A stretch of DNA of 64,000 nucleotides from Lingula anatina (Eukaryota; Animalia; Brachiopoda): NCBI GenBank assembly GCA_051362555.1, contig CM120647.1, positions 8,556,001-8,620,000 on the forward strand, given 5' to 3'. A program made the translations under genes and the position numbers. This document shows, piece after piece, positions 62,977 through 64,000 of the stretch. The notes below the pieces were generated by a model that saw nothing but the letters and a program-made list of their open reading frames with translations, ran no database searches and was not told the DNA's origin. The first letter of the stretch is position 1, and each line of letters begins with the position of its first letter.

Positions 62977-64000
62977 TAAGAACTCCTACCCCCTTTGCAT
63001 TCTGTGCTTAAAATTGGTGTGGTAGGAAAAGGTTTTGCTCCCCCCCCCCAACCATGCAGCACCTATATCTATGAATTTGAACATGCTTCTGTCATACTTT
63101 TAACAAGGTATATGTTTATTTACATAAGAAATGCCCATAGGCAGGTTTTTAAAAGTAAACAAATTAAGCTACCCCTACTTTGGAGTGGAGGGGGGTGGAT
63201 ACATAGTTTTTTCTCTGTATAAATCTAATTTTTTATTGTCAGTCGGATGCCTGACATTTCAAAAGAAAATGCAATACTTATTGGGTTAAAAAATGCCCCA
63301 GTTACAGTTAAGAAGTTTCTCACCTGAGAAAAAGTCTTTTCTAGCAAAGGTGGTGATAAATGCATTATTGAAGTTACAATACTGTGGCAGGCATTTGGAA
63401 TTTTTTTTCTCCATCCAAAGTACATGGGTCATTAAAAAAAAAGAAGGAAAATAAAAAAGAAAGGAAAAGCTAGCGTTTTGAGTCAAGTCACTGATACATA
63501 AATATTGTCTTATGTTTCCATAATTCTGACTTGTGCCATAATTATTGCTTTAAACTGCTGTAGCATCTAATATGGAAAGAATTCAGCAGTAATCAGAAAG
63601 AGATGTAAAATAGGTCTGGAAATATTACACAAAAAGTCTGCATCTGACATGACTCAAATATTCACTTTCATTTTTAATGGCTCACTTGTCCTCAAATGCA
63701 TACTGTTGACTAGTGTGCATTTTTATATGGTACTGTATAAATAATGAGTACTTACCTCTTAAACAAAAATATAAAAGGAGTAACAACAACAAAGCAAAAA
63801 TACTGGAAACAATTATAACTAGAAACAATTTTCACTTTTTCTTTGCACTTTGCTGAGTCATAAAATAATAATAAATAAAAAGGCTCAACTAACTGGATGT
63901 GCAACCTTCCCGTTTACAAGGGCTAACAAGTGGGTAACTTTTCACAAAAAATAATAACAACTCGTCACTAAATAGATAAATGACGCATTCTAAAAATACA

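Overview
AT-rich, intron-containing animal genomic DNA, probably a mollusc or other lophotrochozoan (inferred from the TGACCTT/AAGGTCA-rich repeat and the MITE landscape). Left to right: (1) the 5' three exons of a minus-strand gene with a signal peptide and an Ig domain, running off the left edge; (2) two neighbouring single-coding-exon genes for low-complexity proteins that share a 17-aa motif I do not recognise; (3) a ~6-kb head-to-tail tandem duplication (14203-20306 / 20307-26253) carrying an intronless poly-C2H2 zinc-finger gene and the first coding exon of CCDC73. The two finger arrays differ strongly in finger number, order and recognition-helix residues while their flanks are nearly identical; (4) the CCDC73-like gene, whose 16-kb intron hosts an antisense 498-aa coiled-coil gene with a CHORD/BTK-like Zn module; (5) LKAAEAR1 (minus), EBAG9 and BLOC1S5 (plus). 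Many MITEs are present (PIF/Harbinger-like, Kolobok/T2-like, CAGG-ended), plus a Helitron-like 3' end and several motif-cluster minisatellites. Gene names come from remembered protein motifs, not database searches.
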